From: Hormiphora californensis
Taxonomy: Eukaryota; Animalia; Ctenophora
Direction of reading: 5' to 3'
Length of the DNA stretch: 64,000 nucleotides
NCBI GenBank assembly: GCA_020137815.1
Contig: CM035360.1
Location: forward strand, 7,564,001 to 7,628,000
Each line of letters opens with the position of its first letter. The stretch's first letter is position 1. Below the pieces are notes generated by a model. That model saw nothing but the letters and a program-made list of their open reading frames with translations, ran no database searches and was not told the DNA's origin. This document shows positions 44,963 to 59,685 of this stretch, in pieces. A program made the position numbers and the translations under genes.

Positions 44963-46037
44963 TTAGCCACATTTAATGACCCCCTTACTAATCCAGTAAC
45001 GTCCATTCGGATTATCTCGTTTTAGTTCTTTCAGAGTATCAACAAGAGATTTCCGCTCTCGCTGTTCGTCTGGTGATAGGTCGGGAGAGAGAAAAACGGA
45101 TGAAAACTTCTCTGAACTCTGCAGCTGCTTTGCTTTCCGAAGAAGCTGCAGCAAGGATTCCCTTCTTTCAAGGGTGACGATAACAGGTCTCGCTCGGTCA
45201 TCAGTCTTTAGGCCAACCCGCTTTGTGGAGGTCACGACAGGTTTCTCATTTAGCTCAGCAAAGATATCCTGAACTTCATGATCAGTAGCCCTGGCAGTGG
45301 TTTCTGGGAGCCCAAATATAACCAAATTCAGCTTTCTATCCGGAGTTGTTCTTTCAGTTGGTGGAGAGGAAACTGTCGCCTTCTTCCATGCTTCCTTCAG
45401 GCGAGATGGAGCAATAGCAGCTGAACAATTCTGTACAAGGACCTTGGAGTAGTCATGCAACTGCTTTTAGACAGACTCTGACATCGAGTTGTTTTGAGTT
45501 TTCACGTTTTTGTACTTCAATCAAACTATTTTGTGCTTCTATCAGCTTCCCTTGCAATGCAATCCTTGCTATCCGATGCTTGTCGACTTCTTCTTTGAAC
45601 GTGCTAAGTTCTCTCTGGACCTCCTCCAGTTTCCTATTACAGTCCTCCAGTTGCAGGCGTTCTTTCGTTCTAGCACTTTCATAGTTCTTCATCTTAGTTT
45701 CACACAATCGTTTCTCATTCCCTATTTCCCTCCCCAACTGGAGAATGTGACGACAGAGTTTCTTAGTGATAGCCTGGAGTTTTTCTGCTTGGTACTCCTT
45801 CAACTTGTAATCTAGTGGTAGTGCTTCCTCAATATATTGACGCTCATTATCCTCCGTATCCTTTTCCAAGATCTCTTTTAGTAAATCCTCTACTGCTTCT
45901 CGCTCGCGTTGACGATTCAGAGTTCCATTCTTTACCAACAATATATCACTCATTGCACTAAACAGTGTACTTCTCATCGTACTACCCAAACATTCTCCTA
46001 TACTTGAAGATTTCTTGGGCTTCTCCATCGTCGTCAT
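44963..46037 (-). CDS. LINE ORF1-like protein (coiled coil + Tnp_22/RRM-like + CTD), 1-nt frameshift near 45465
   Basis: RKLNLVIFGLPE, KRVG...RARPVIVTL, LLRKAKQL, VFLSPDLSPDEQRERKSL: typical of L1/L2/CR1-type ORF1. Confidence 0.8.
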
Positions 46038-46057
46038 AGCTTACCAGACGTCATCAA

Positions 46058-46097
46058 CTCAAATTAATTTGTTTAAAGTAGTGTTGAAAAGTTTGAA
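46058..46097 (-). other. Genomic copy of ctenophore-type spliced leader exon
   Basis: Minus strand TTCAAACTTTTCAACACTACTTTAAACAAATTAATTTGAG, 20 nt before the ORF1 ATG; followed by TTG rather than a GT donor, so not an SL RNA gene; identity with the published SL is from memory. Confidence 0.8.
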
Positions 46098-46229
46098 ACC
46101 CCCCAAAGTCGTGCGCGGAATTGTTTTGCGCGTCTATCACATGTTAACGTATAGCGCGCGCCACGAAAATTCTAAATTTCACTGAAATTTCAATTTTGGG
46201 TGAACAGTTGAAAAAAAATGGACTTTAGG

Positions 46230-46560
46230 CCCTAGGAATAAGGGAACGAAGCCCCGGAAAATTTCAGTTGACGTTTCGTTTTTTTTTTCGTTTTAAGTTT
46301 GGTTTTTGTTTTCGAGAAATTTTACTTTTGCCCAGCGCGGTAACATCACAAATAATCGCGCGTTACAGCTAAATTTGTCTAGCGGGTCAATATATTTTAT
46401 TGCGCTGCATACGATTTGAAAGTATTATTTGCGCGCGAAAGTTTTTAGTTTCCAAAGTTGCAAAATTTTCAAGGTTTTTTGTCGTTTCTTTTCGCGCTCT
46501 TCGAGATTTCGTCTTTCGTCGCGTTATCCATGAGGCCTGATCCGCCGCTTTAAGCCTATC
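46230..46560. promoter_or_regulatory. Probable bidirectional promoter between the minus-strand cluster and RPL19
   Basis: Local CpG/CGCG enrichment, E2F-like tttgcgcgcgaaa (~46428) and ttttcgcgc (~46489), located at the strand switch. Confidence 0.45.
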
Positions 46561-47942
46561 GGTATGAGGTAGTTTCTGCTGTCACATGCGGCCAATACGT
46601 TGATTTCCCTTCATGAATATGATACGGGTTGAAATCCCTCTGTTATTTGATCATGAGAGCACTGAGCACGGGCGACTCACGACAGTGTCGAGAAAACACT
46701 CTTGCTGGTTACCTTATCGTGTGGCAGTCCTATCCCTAATGATTCGCCTCGTAACCTTACCCTCTCTACTCTCCCCAGTCTGTGTACTTGAAGCCGTACG
46801 AGATGGGCTGCTCAAATCAATTCGTGAGGTGTCAGGTGTTCCTACTTCTTAGAGCCCTGAGTAGTAAGAAGTAATTTGAGTCACAAATTTTACCAATGTA
46901 GCCTGGTTCAGGATGTGTCATTACGTAGACCGTAGTTCGACCTTACTCTAACAAACTTGAACTAAACTTGACTTAGGGCAGCTTCCGTTTCCGAGCAACC
47001 TTATCAGTCCGCCACAGCTCCCTGTTTTGCATTAGCTCCTTTATCTTGTTGTCGGAGATAAGACCAGTATCGTCCCTGATTTGCTTAAGGAAAGTCTTCT
47101 GGGGCCTCCCAAAAAGTAAAAACTAACTAGAACAAGAACTAAAAAAGGTCTTAAACATGTACCCATGTTGTTAAATTCATTGGAATTCCGTCTTGGTGGT
47201 TTAGTGCAGATCCTAGACTTAATGCCTTTTTAATGAGAAACATTGGTTGACTCTTCATTCGAGTCAACCAGCAAGGCTTGGTTCAATGACTTCAAGTCGA
47301 TAATCGATATCTCTTGCAACTATGCTAGAGTTTCTTGTTATGGCACTTCGTAACTTTAGGTAACGGCACTGAGATCAAGCATAGCCACCATACCTGAAAC
47401 AAAACCAGAATGCTCCTTGCGAACCCAACTAGTAATTATCTAATGCAAATTTAACTACAAGGTTCGTCAGTGTGACGAAGTGATTCGTAGGTGTCACTTA
47501 TCACAACTGTTTGAGAACTTGAGGGATCACATCACCTACTTAAAGAGCAGAGAGAATAAGAGCTAAAGAGGGATCACATAACATTGATCATCTGAGAGAG
47601 TAGAGTGTGGAAAAAAATAGATCCCTCGATTTGTGATCCACTTCTAAACGATGTATCACGTATAACAGACCTCTCTAGTTAGTCCTCTTTTCTTCTCGCG
47701 TATCTAGGTTTAGTAAGTTTTTAATTTTTACTATTGAGCCAATAGTTCAAATATCAGCCTTTAATATCTCCTTTTTAATATCTTGGTAATGCTTAGAACT
47801 TACTGCCATTGCCCGACATTACAATTACCTTGAACATGTGATCTGATTCCATATTCAGCGTGATTGAGGAGAGACGATACTGACTTCCTTGATTCATTGT
47901 CACCTTCTGATAGTGGTCTAACCCCTTCCACTTTAACTAGGC

Positions 47943-48920
47943 ATGTCGAGTCTCAAGCTGCAGAAGAGGTTGGCTTCCTCGGTCATGAAATGTGGCAGGA
48001 AGAAGGTGTGGTTGGACCCTAACGAGGCTTCTGAGATCAGTAACGCCAACTCCCGTAAGTATAGCTGCTGATAGAGAGAAAACTTTCTTTTCACTAAAAG
48101 AGAATATGAAATATTATTTATTCAACAACAAAAATAAGAGTAATTCTCTTGACCTACGCGTCATTTGACAACGTGTCTCCCATCAATCCTTAGCATTGAT
48201 CATGTTTCCCATAATAAGCTTTGTCCGGTCTGTGACATTTATTGTTTTATCGGGAACAAGTTTCTTCATCTTCTACGAGGACGCTGGCTAGTGCAAAGCA
48301 CTAGCCAGTAAGGGGTGGGTGCCATGAGGCTCCCGCCCGGCTCCCGTTCCCATTTCCCAACAAGTTTACTGTGTGGGCGTTTGTTTTTTCACACAGTCCA
48401 TACTGCATACGGTACAATTAGTAATGAAAGTGCATCATGAGTTATGTAACATTATTATTACTCATTAGTAACTACAATTTTAGTCTTTTTAGTAGTGTCT
48501 TCAATACTTTCTCCCCATTCTCTCTCACTCTCTGGCCTATGCCCGGTCCTGTTTACAAGCCATACAACAGGGATTTCGACCAGCACATGAGAATTGAGAA
48601 GGTTGTATCGACCCTGTTTAGAATCAGGGATTCTGCCAATAGTGTAAAGTAAATGTACCTAATCGAGATTAATCTGGCCGAGATTCCTGCTGTATGGCTT
48701 GTAAACAGGGTATCGGGGCTGGGTGTTCCTTACAGAGACGAGATGCAGCGGCTATTAAAAGCCATCCCATTTCAACTGACAGTACCGGTGTTAGTGCACC
48801 AAGTTAAAACTTCATTTAATTATGGATTAGATCATCAGAAGCAAATTTTGTTAAATGCTTCGTCTGCAGTACTGGTCTTGGGCCAGGCATTAGACCATCA
48901 ACCCAAGTTTTCTTTCTTCA

Positions 48921-48989
<69 letters not shown>

Positions 48990-50448
48990 ATTCACCCATA
49001 ACCTCTCATCTGAAGAAGTCTGAGATCATTTTAGGCCTTCGACTGGCACCTAAATTTAGGATAACATCATATCGAATCACAGCCATGACATGAGCCAAGG
49101 TCACCCGATGCCAAATGAATCTGTAAAATAGTTTCTATCAACTTGTTTAGATTAGTACAGTGTACATTGAAGTAGTTTGTATGTAATACATAATTCCCGA
49201 AAAGATGTGTATTCCGGACTGTATAACAGTATTTTCTACTACACATAACACATTTTAATCCCAACCTCTTATAATCATTTCCCTTATTTTGGTCTGTGAG
49301 AATTGAGATACACACATACATTGAGTTCCCTAATCATTGCTTTCGTTTCAATCAATCATTGTCTCAAAAGCACATTTTAATTATACAATTAATTAAGAAA
49401 AGAAAACCTCTCTCGATACTGGAGGCATGACCCCTAGCCCTCCATGATTCACGTCCCCTTCCACAATAACTTGGTACACTCAGTTTGGGAGACATGTCTG
49501 TAGCGCGCCGCGACACACTCCCATGCAATAACGCACTCGTGTTACTATCACTCTACGCGTTTTTTAGTGCGCGCTCAGAGCAGGTGGATTGGTAGGGCGC
49601 CGCGCACTGTCATATCTCACTTCCTGTCTCCAATGAGAGAGAGACCTCCATATCCCACTGACCATGACTCCTCTCCAGAGAGAGATCTCCATATTGACCT
49701 CCTGTTCTCCCTCCCATATCCCACTGACCACTCCTCTCCCACAGGACAGAACATCAAGAAGCTTATCAAGGATGGTCTGATCATCAAGAAGCCCCAGACT
49801 GTTCACTCTCGTGCTCGATGCAGGAAGAACAGGGAGGCCCGCCGAATGGGACGTCACACTGGTACGTTCTTTTTTGTGTTTGACCTCTCCAACCTTAATT
49901 CATCCCACTTATTCTACATTGGGGGATTAGAACACAACATCTAATCTATATCTATTTAACACATCTTCATTCCCAGGCCCCGGAAAGAGGAAGGGTACTG
50001 CTAATGCCCGTATGCCTGAGAAGGTTGTATGGATGAGACGTATGCGAGTACTGAGGAGGCTTCTTAAGAAATACAGGGAAGACAAGAAGATCGACAAGCA
50101 CATGTAAGTTACAACATCCTAACTGCTGCAGTACCACACCTGCCCAATCTCTAGTCCCCACTAATTGTTGAGTTTATCTCTCTGTCCAAATCTTTAACAC
50201 CCCACTATCCCCCTGCCAGGTACCACGAGCTGTATGTCCAGTCTAAGGGTAACATTTTCAAGAACAAGCGAGTCCTAATGGAGCACATCCACAAGAAGAA
50301 GAGTGAGGCTGCCCGAGCCAAGGCTCTCCAGGAGCAGGCTGATGCCCGACGAGCCAGGTCCAGGGCCACACAAGAGAGGAAGGCTGCCAAGACTGCCCAG
50401 AAACAGGCTCTATACATGAACATCGAGGAGGTCGCCGAGGAATCTTAG
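47943..50448 (+). CDS. RPL19: 60S ribosomal protein L19 (eL19); exons 47943-48054,49745-49861,49977-50103,50220-50448
   Basis: [28 protein letters not shown]...[18 protein letters not shown]...[12 protein letters not shown]...[17 protein letters not shown]. Confidence 0.98.
48930..48986. repeat. (CT)n microsatellite
   Basis: Directly visible. Confidence 0.95.
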
Positions 50449-52962
50449 ATTTTTACGTTGCCTGTTTTTATTCTAAACGAAAATTAACGTGTTTTGAGAA
50501 TTTGTTAACAAAGGACAGCCTTTACTATTTCTCTCACTCAAATCATGAGGCTGTTCTAAACCGTTACTCGAATGGTGTGTATGTGTATCACTCAGAGCAA
50601 GTTACTTCGGAAGCTCCAGGATTCAGGAAGACCGTGGTCAGTCAGTCACCGAATGCGTGCGGATATCCACCCCAGACCTCGTCCCGGTATTTTCCATGCG
50701 CGCTCTTCATTGATTTGCTGTCGGTAGTGCAATCACAGTGATTTGTGTCAACGCGCGTCACACAAATCATCTGGGGCAGTCTCAGAGTGGAATTATACGG
50801 ATCGGGGGACGAGATCTGCCTGGTTGCTGGTTGCACCGATCTAAACACACTGTCGGGTGACGCCATAATGATCGGGATCCAGTCCAGAGTTCTGTTTGGA
50901 GCCGATCAGATAGTTTCCTGTGTCGGCAACATGATCCAGTTGGTTTTGATTTAGTCTCAGTTTACAGTATCAATTGAACACTTTATGTCACACTTCACGG
51001 CCTAAGAAGCTCTAAAAGGTTTTCTCCTGATTTACACTGTTCTAGTTCTAACTCAGTTAGGCAGCCTAACTTATCAAGGTCTTATTGAAATGTGACAAAA
51101 GGTCAACTAATTGAGTTTAGTCTCGAAATCGAGGTCGTTGCAGTCAGTAAACTGCGTATCTCACAATTGGCTGTTCTAGGAATTGGAGTTTTTCTCGTTA
51201 GGCTGGAAATGTATCTCCCTCTTCTAACTAGGTTTTCCAGGAATTGTGTCTCGGTAAAAACTGCACTTCAATCCCTACAAGTTGTAGAATCCCGACATCA
51301 CCTACATTTCTACCTATCATTCCCGACTATTCTTTCTCTCTATATCTCCCTGACTCAAATACTTTCACACTTTTAAATATGCATCCAGATATTTGGTATG
51401 AGACACGTTTTCAAAAAATGCTGATCCTGATTGTTAGTTGTTTCTCATCAATATTTTGTATTTGACACAGTTTGGCAATGTCGGCAATGTCGCCAAAACA
51501 AATAAGAGAGATAGGGTGCAGCGGGAATAGTTTAATTGGGTTTTTTGTCCACGTACGGGTAACCCATTCCAATAATAATTTGATTAGGACCCTTTGCACC
51601 TATTGGAACCGATATGAAGTGGGTAGTATAGCGAAAGTCGAAAGTGTCGTCAATGTTGATATCGTTCCTGGTTGATATAGTATTGGTATTGAAACTACCC
51701 TTCCGTGTGAACTATGAGCCCTTACTCAACAAGTGAGCTCCCCATTAGACACGGGCTTTGCAAAATAAACGGGTGACTTTGTAACTCAGTTGGTATAGTA
51801 CTTGTTGTTCCTGACCTAAACTCTAAAGAGCGTACTCATCACATGCACCTGAATTCATACCCTAGTTTTAGTTTCTATATGTACAGCGTTCCCTCGACTC
51901 TCTTTGTCTTTTATAAAGCGTGCAACGCATGGCTAGGCTACTATGTGAAGAACCCATGATTTTGAACTTTCCAAGTTTAAAAATTATTAAGCCCCTTCAG
52001 GAAGCTGAGTTGCTCTGTGTCCGCCTCTGAGATATGAACTTGGCTGGAGCTATGTCAAGTTGCTCCATATGTCGCTCCATGCAAGATAATTGGCTTAGTC
52101 CACTACGCCCCTGTGCATATGGTAAAAACATATTAGGCTTCTTTTTTCCAATCCCTACCCCTGGCAAACATATGCTTTTCCTAGTTCGATTTGCCGGTAT
52201 TTGTTTCGAAAGTTTCGGTTTCTCTGTTTTAAACAAATTTAGAGGGAACATGCTTGCTGCTATATGGTATCTGGAGGGTGGCGAAACCTTGCAGCATCCA
52301 AGGGCAGAGAATAAGGGAGATAGAAACATGTAACACTTCCCCAGCTTTGTTTTCGACCTGGTCGTGCGGAAAACTTAAAACATAGCGTCCTTTTCATTCT
52401 TCAAGTTCCCTTATTGAATAATAATATTGATTATTGACGTGGCCACTGTTCATGCCTTAACAAGATACCAATTAAATCGAGGTCCCATTGTTTGTTGCAG
52501 ATACAATGACCGTATCGTAATGTGGTCATGCAGTTAGCCCCCCCCCCCCATGACATACGGTTTGTCACATACAATCTGTTTTTCCTGGTACAACCCTAAT
52601 ATAATTAGTATTTCCAATGCCGAAAGTGGCGTACTGCTCTTTACGGTATTTAGTATTGGTACCCAGTTCCCAGTTCCCAGTTCTAATTCCTTTTGTCCTG
52701 TCCTCATTGCAAACCACACACATAATACACCTTTCTCTCTTTCTCTACCACTCAAATTAGTACTTGATTATAACTAATCAATGAAAAGCATATATGTGCA
52801 TTCTGAGCTCTTTGCCAATGGTCTGAATTCTGAACAATTACTTTACACAGACACCTGTCGCGGCCCAGTCTGTAAACTGGGCGCCGAGGCCACTTATAAA
52901 CTTCATCAAGCCGACTGTAGATGGAATCTTTCATCAAAGAAATACACCTTTTAATTATTCTA

Positions 52963-53081
52963 TGTTGAAAGATCCAGCACTCGATCAGGTTTCTAAATAG
53001 GCCATGACCTCCTTATAATAACAATATAATTGGGGGTCATGGGCTATTTAGAAACCTGATCAAGCGTGGAATCTTTCAACA
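52963..53081. repeat. ~120-bp imperfect palindrome (small MITE-like hairpin)
   Basis: tgttgaaagat..gatcaggtttctaaatag.ccatgacc mirrored by ggtcatgg.ctatttagaaacctgatc..atctttcaaca. Confidence 0.8.
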
Positions 53082-54259
53082 GAGACGTACTAATTAATGG
53101 AAATATGCATAAGTAACCCTGTAACAGAATTTCGTCTGCTAGTTATAATTTCTGTATCATGATTTTGGTCTGAATATCTTTTTTTCGTTGGTAAATAAGT
53201 GCTGAATGGACGCAGTAACTCAACATTAATGGGCCACTATAATATCCATATAGTTTTTTAACTGGCTAGAAGCTAAATAGCATATTATATCCCAGATAGT
53301 GGCAGATTGACACTGTTAAATAGTGAGATTTTGTTTCTAAACACTTCCGGAACGGCAAATAGGGAAGGCTCTGTTACAGGCCTATTTAGGTTAGGTTTAA
53401 ACCTCATCTCCCATGGTTTAGTTACCGAATAAATATCGAAATATCCGGGTTATTGTCCGCACACACGAGTCTAAATTATAACTCATTTATATGTACGGAT
53501 GCTAAATATTATTATATGTGAGGTAACCTTGTGTTTAGAAAGCCCATCTTATTTGGTAGTCTGCTGTTATCGTTTTGTACTGGCAGCTCCGATCTAAGTG
53601 CACTCAAATAGGTGAGAGTTACTATTATAGTGCCCCAAGACAGACAGCCTCTAAGACCTGCTGACTGCTGAGTGTTAGCTGATTGTTACTCGTTAGCTCT
53701 TGAATTGTTGTTGTTGTCGATACTGAGAACACGTGACTTGGTGACTGAGTTTCGCTTTTAGCAGAAAAATTGAGTTAGCTTTTTGCGCCGTCAGTCGGAG
53801 AAATTGCAGCGTGAATTAGAGAGAGAACAAGGAGAGGAGAACTAGGAGAGCGAACCAAATGTTGTTGAAAGAGAAAGGGAAAGCAGAACAGTGCATAAAC
53901 CGATAAAACTATGATAAACGCAAGAGACTAGAACTGGTGAGATGGAGAGGGAGAAGAAGCGTTGTTGGTAATTGAATAAACCATTGTTAACTTTCTGGTT
54001 ATTGCAATATGCTATGCTTTGGAGTATGACTACTGTTATTGTTTTCATGATCTTAGACAGATAGATAACAATATAGCTGCTTCCATTCTTAGGGTTCAAA
54101 ACTCCAATATATGTCCTAGAGCTGCTGCATGTCTGTTCACGTGTTTTATAAAACCTGACATGTCGTTAGTGCAACCCCGTACTCTCTAGGATCGCACAGC
54201 CTGACCTCCCTCTCTTGACAAAGTTTCAAGTTAGAGACTCAATGCATTCCTGTGAACAA

Positions 54260-54300
<41 letters not shown>

Positions 54301-54909
54301 TGATTGGTGCTGACAGGCTACTGGCTATCACAGGCCAGCACCCAACCAGCTATCACCAGTGAAAATATGAACTTACTTTTCACCCGCTGTTCACGTTCGT
54401 ATAAAACGGATTATGCGGCCTCGGACACGCAGCCGAAACTTGCTGACACGCTCTGCTACCCTTTCTAGACCCGCCCAAGTTAGATGAGCGTTGAACTATG
54501 AAGCCTTGCTAATAACATACTGAGCAAATAGCGTTGCTGCTGCATTTGCAGTTTTATAACTTGTCTCCTTTCTACCCTCTTTAGCACACAGTTTATTTAT
54601 TCGTTACTTAAACCCCTTCTCGAAGCTTGGCTCAGTAGACTGTCGTACTATCTTATTATTTGTCGTTTTGTAGTATTCATTGTCCAGTCTGCTGACCTAA
54701 CCAACCCTTGACATGTCAGCAGCTTATTAGGCTAACGAGGCACTTTGCAACCTCGCAGACTCTCAGATGAACTGTACCTTGTACCAAAAGGCTCCCAAGC
54801 TTTTTGATATACTCCCTTGCAACATTTTGATTAAATTAATTTGCTGCATTATATATAATTTCAGTAGGTAATTAACACCCTAACAACTTCCTTTTCCCAG
54901 CAGCGCACC

Positions 54910-57694
<2,785 letters not shown>

Positions 57695-58641
57695 ACTTCC
57701 AAATGAACCATAGAATTGTCATTTTGTTTTTAATTAAGGAATTTATGATTATAGTTAACTTTTTGATATAACGGTTGTTCGGGGCAGGAAGCTTTGATAG
57801 AGAAAGAGAGAAGGAACAAAGACAGAGAAGAAAGAGATAGAAAGAAAAGAAAAAGAGTGTGCAAAATGGGGATATCCCGAATCAGTGAATTGTTTTAAAA
57901 ACTTTATGTTGGTGAAAAATAAGTCAAACCTATAGGGATGAGAGAACTGAAAAGTGAGAATGAGAAACGGAAAAAAGAAAACGAGAAGGTGTTTTGCGTT
58001 TTGTTAAAATCTCATACGCTAACTTCTTCATTGCTTTCAACATATATTGCAGCTACCGCAGAGTGCTGCTGTTTTGTAGTCGACCTTTATTCCCTGTGTA
58101 CTACATTACATTTCAACGAAATATGTCTTTGTGTGCTCCCCTGTGTGCCTTTGGAATGAAGAGAATTCAATGTAAGGTGGGATATATTAGCACTTGTTGA
58201 GTTATTATACAAGCTGGATTGAACTGTTGTACAGCTGCCTTATATGACACTGCTAAAAGTATGACACTCTGTAAACCTTCCGCGTTTAGTGACTTGTGGT
58301 GTTTTGTGTGCACTAGCCGCCGCTGCAGCTGCAGTGGTGAACGCAAACACAATTACATAGTTCAAACATGTTCTATCCCTTCATCTCTCTATATTTCTTA
58401 CTCTATCTCTCTAGCTGTCTGACCCTATCTTTCTCTCCACCTCTTTCCGTTACTTGGTCGACATCTGCAGAAACGGATAGAAAGTGTGCCTTTACACTTT
58501 ACAGCTTTGTGACATGTGCTTTTCCCTCTCCTCTTTCAGTTTACCAATTGATAGTGAAGCATATTTGTTAAACTGTGATTTTCTCTAATCCATTATATCC
58601 TTTGTTCTAGAACCCTTAAACGACGATCCAGTACTATTACG

Positions 58642-59353
58642 ATGACCTACAACCGAAAGTCCCGTGACGCAACATCGCTAACGACCACTACTACTGCTGC
58701 ACAAGGCTATGGGATCACCAACATTCAGTGTGTCCCTCCCCCGGTCCGATATGCCCGCAACAAGCCTGTAAAGTTCGAGAGTTATGGAGAGGTCTTCTGT
58801 CAGACGGCAGTAAAGCCCAAGGTATCTGAAGTGACGTCAGCCAAGTTCTCGCGCCGTCAGGATCGCCAGACCTCGCTACACCGCAGTCACAGCAGCTCCC
58901 TACTGGGGAAGGAGGATGAGGTCAAGACTGAGGAGATTGTGCCAAGAAGGAAGAGAGCAGAACCAGTTCCTCTACCGTCGAGCTACCGAGATAATGACAA
59001 AATGGGATTCAGGACCGATTGTGGCGCACAAATATGAGAGCGATTTTGATGATTCAGCGCTGCTTGGTATAAAGAAGAAGACCTTCAAGGTAGAGGAGGA
59101 TAACCTGCTGAGAGATTACGAGCGGAGGAAGGCGGAGAAAGCTAAAGCAGCGGAGAGGGAAGAAGAACGGGCTGCCAAGGCCAAGGAGGAGAAGTTAGCT
59201 CTCATTCGATCTACACCATCCACCCCATCTGCATCTCCTACTCCTAAACAACCCTCCACCCCATCCCCTACTCCTGCAGCAGCTCCTGTTGCAGAGCCAG
59301 CACCCGCAGTAAGTACTACACCAGGGGATCAGGCAGCCGAGGAAGGACAGTGA
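58642..59353 (+). CDS. Short paralog of the upstream SAH protein (1-nt frameshift near 59000)
   Basis: Shares RKSR, YGxTN, YxRxKPV, GEVFCxT, AKFxRRQxR, WDxGP, [12 protein letters not shown] with 54910-57694. Confidence 0.8.
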
Positions 59354-59685
59354 TGGACTGAGAGATATATGTGTGCATGTATCACAAGTAAAATACTGAA
59401 GAAATTATCTAAAATGACTTGTTGAAAAAATATTTAAAATGCCTTGATTCAATCTTGTGTTCATTCACCCATGTGTGCATACATCTAATCTTCTCTCCGT
59501 CCTGTTTCTAAATCTAACGCAGTGAAAAAACCAAATTTGTTCTAAACTGTTTTATTCAGTGAAAGAAGATTATATAGAACACAATGCGTTGATCTCATGC
59601 AAAGATCTTTCGAAGATCCCTCAACGCAAATTTTACAAAGTTGGTAGAGATATAATTTGAATTTGCTCCGATTCTTTGCTCCATT

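Larger units (their letters stand above)
44826..46097 (-). mobile_element. Retroposed SL-capped ORF1-only non-LTR element with (TAA)n tail
   Basis: TSD acccccca at 44818-44825 and 46098-46105; (TAA)6 tail at 44826-44843; SL-like 5' end; no reverse transcriptase. Confidence 0.85.
44794..46225. mobile_element. ~150-bp TA-flanked MITE split by a retroposed insertion
   Basis: TIRs tccattttttttcaactgttcaccc (44797-44821) and gggtgaacagttgaaaaaaaatgga (46198-46222); TA at 44792-44793 and 46226-46227. Confidence 0.8.

Noticed and set aside
46058-46097. SL RNA gene
   Set aside because: No GT donor or Sm site follows the leader; it abuts an mRNA 5' UTR
44794-46225. DNA transposon that captured an ORF1 gene (Pack-type)
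   Set aside because: The 8-bp TSD and TAA tail show a retro-insertion into a pre-existing ~150-bp MITE
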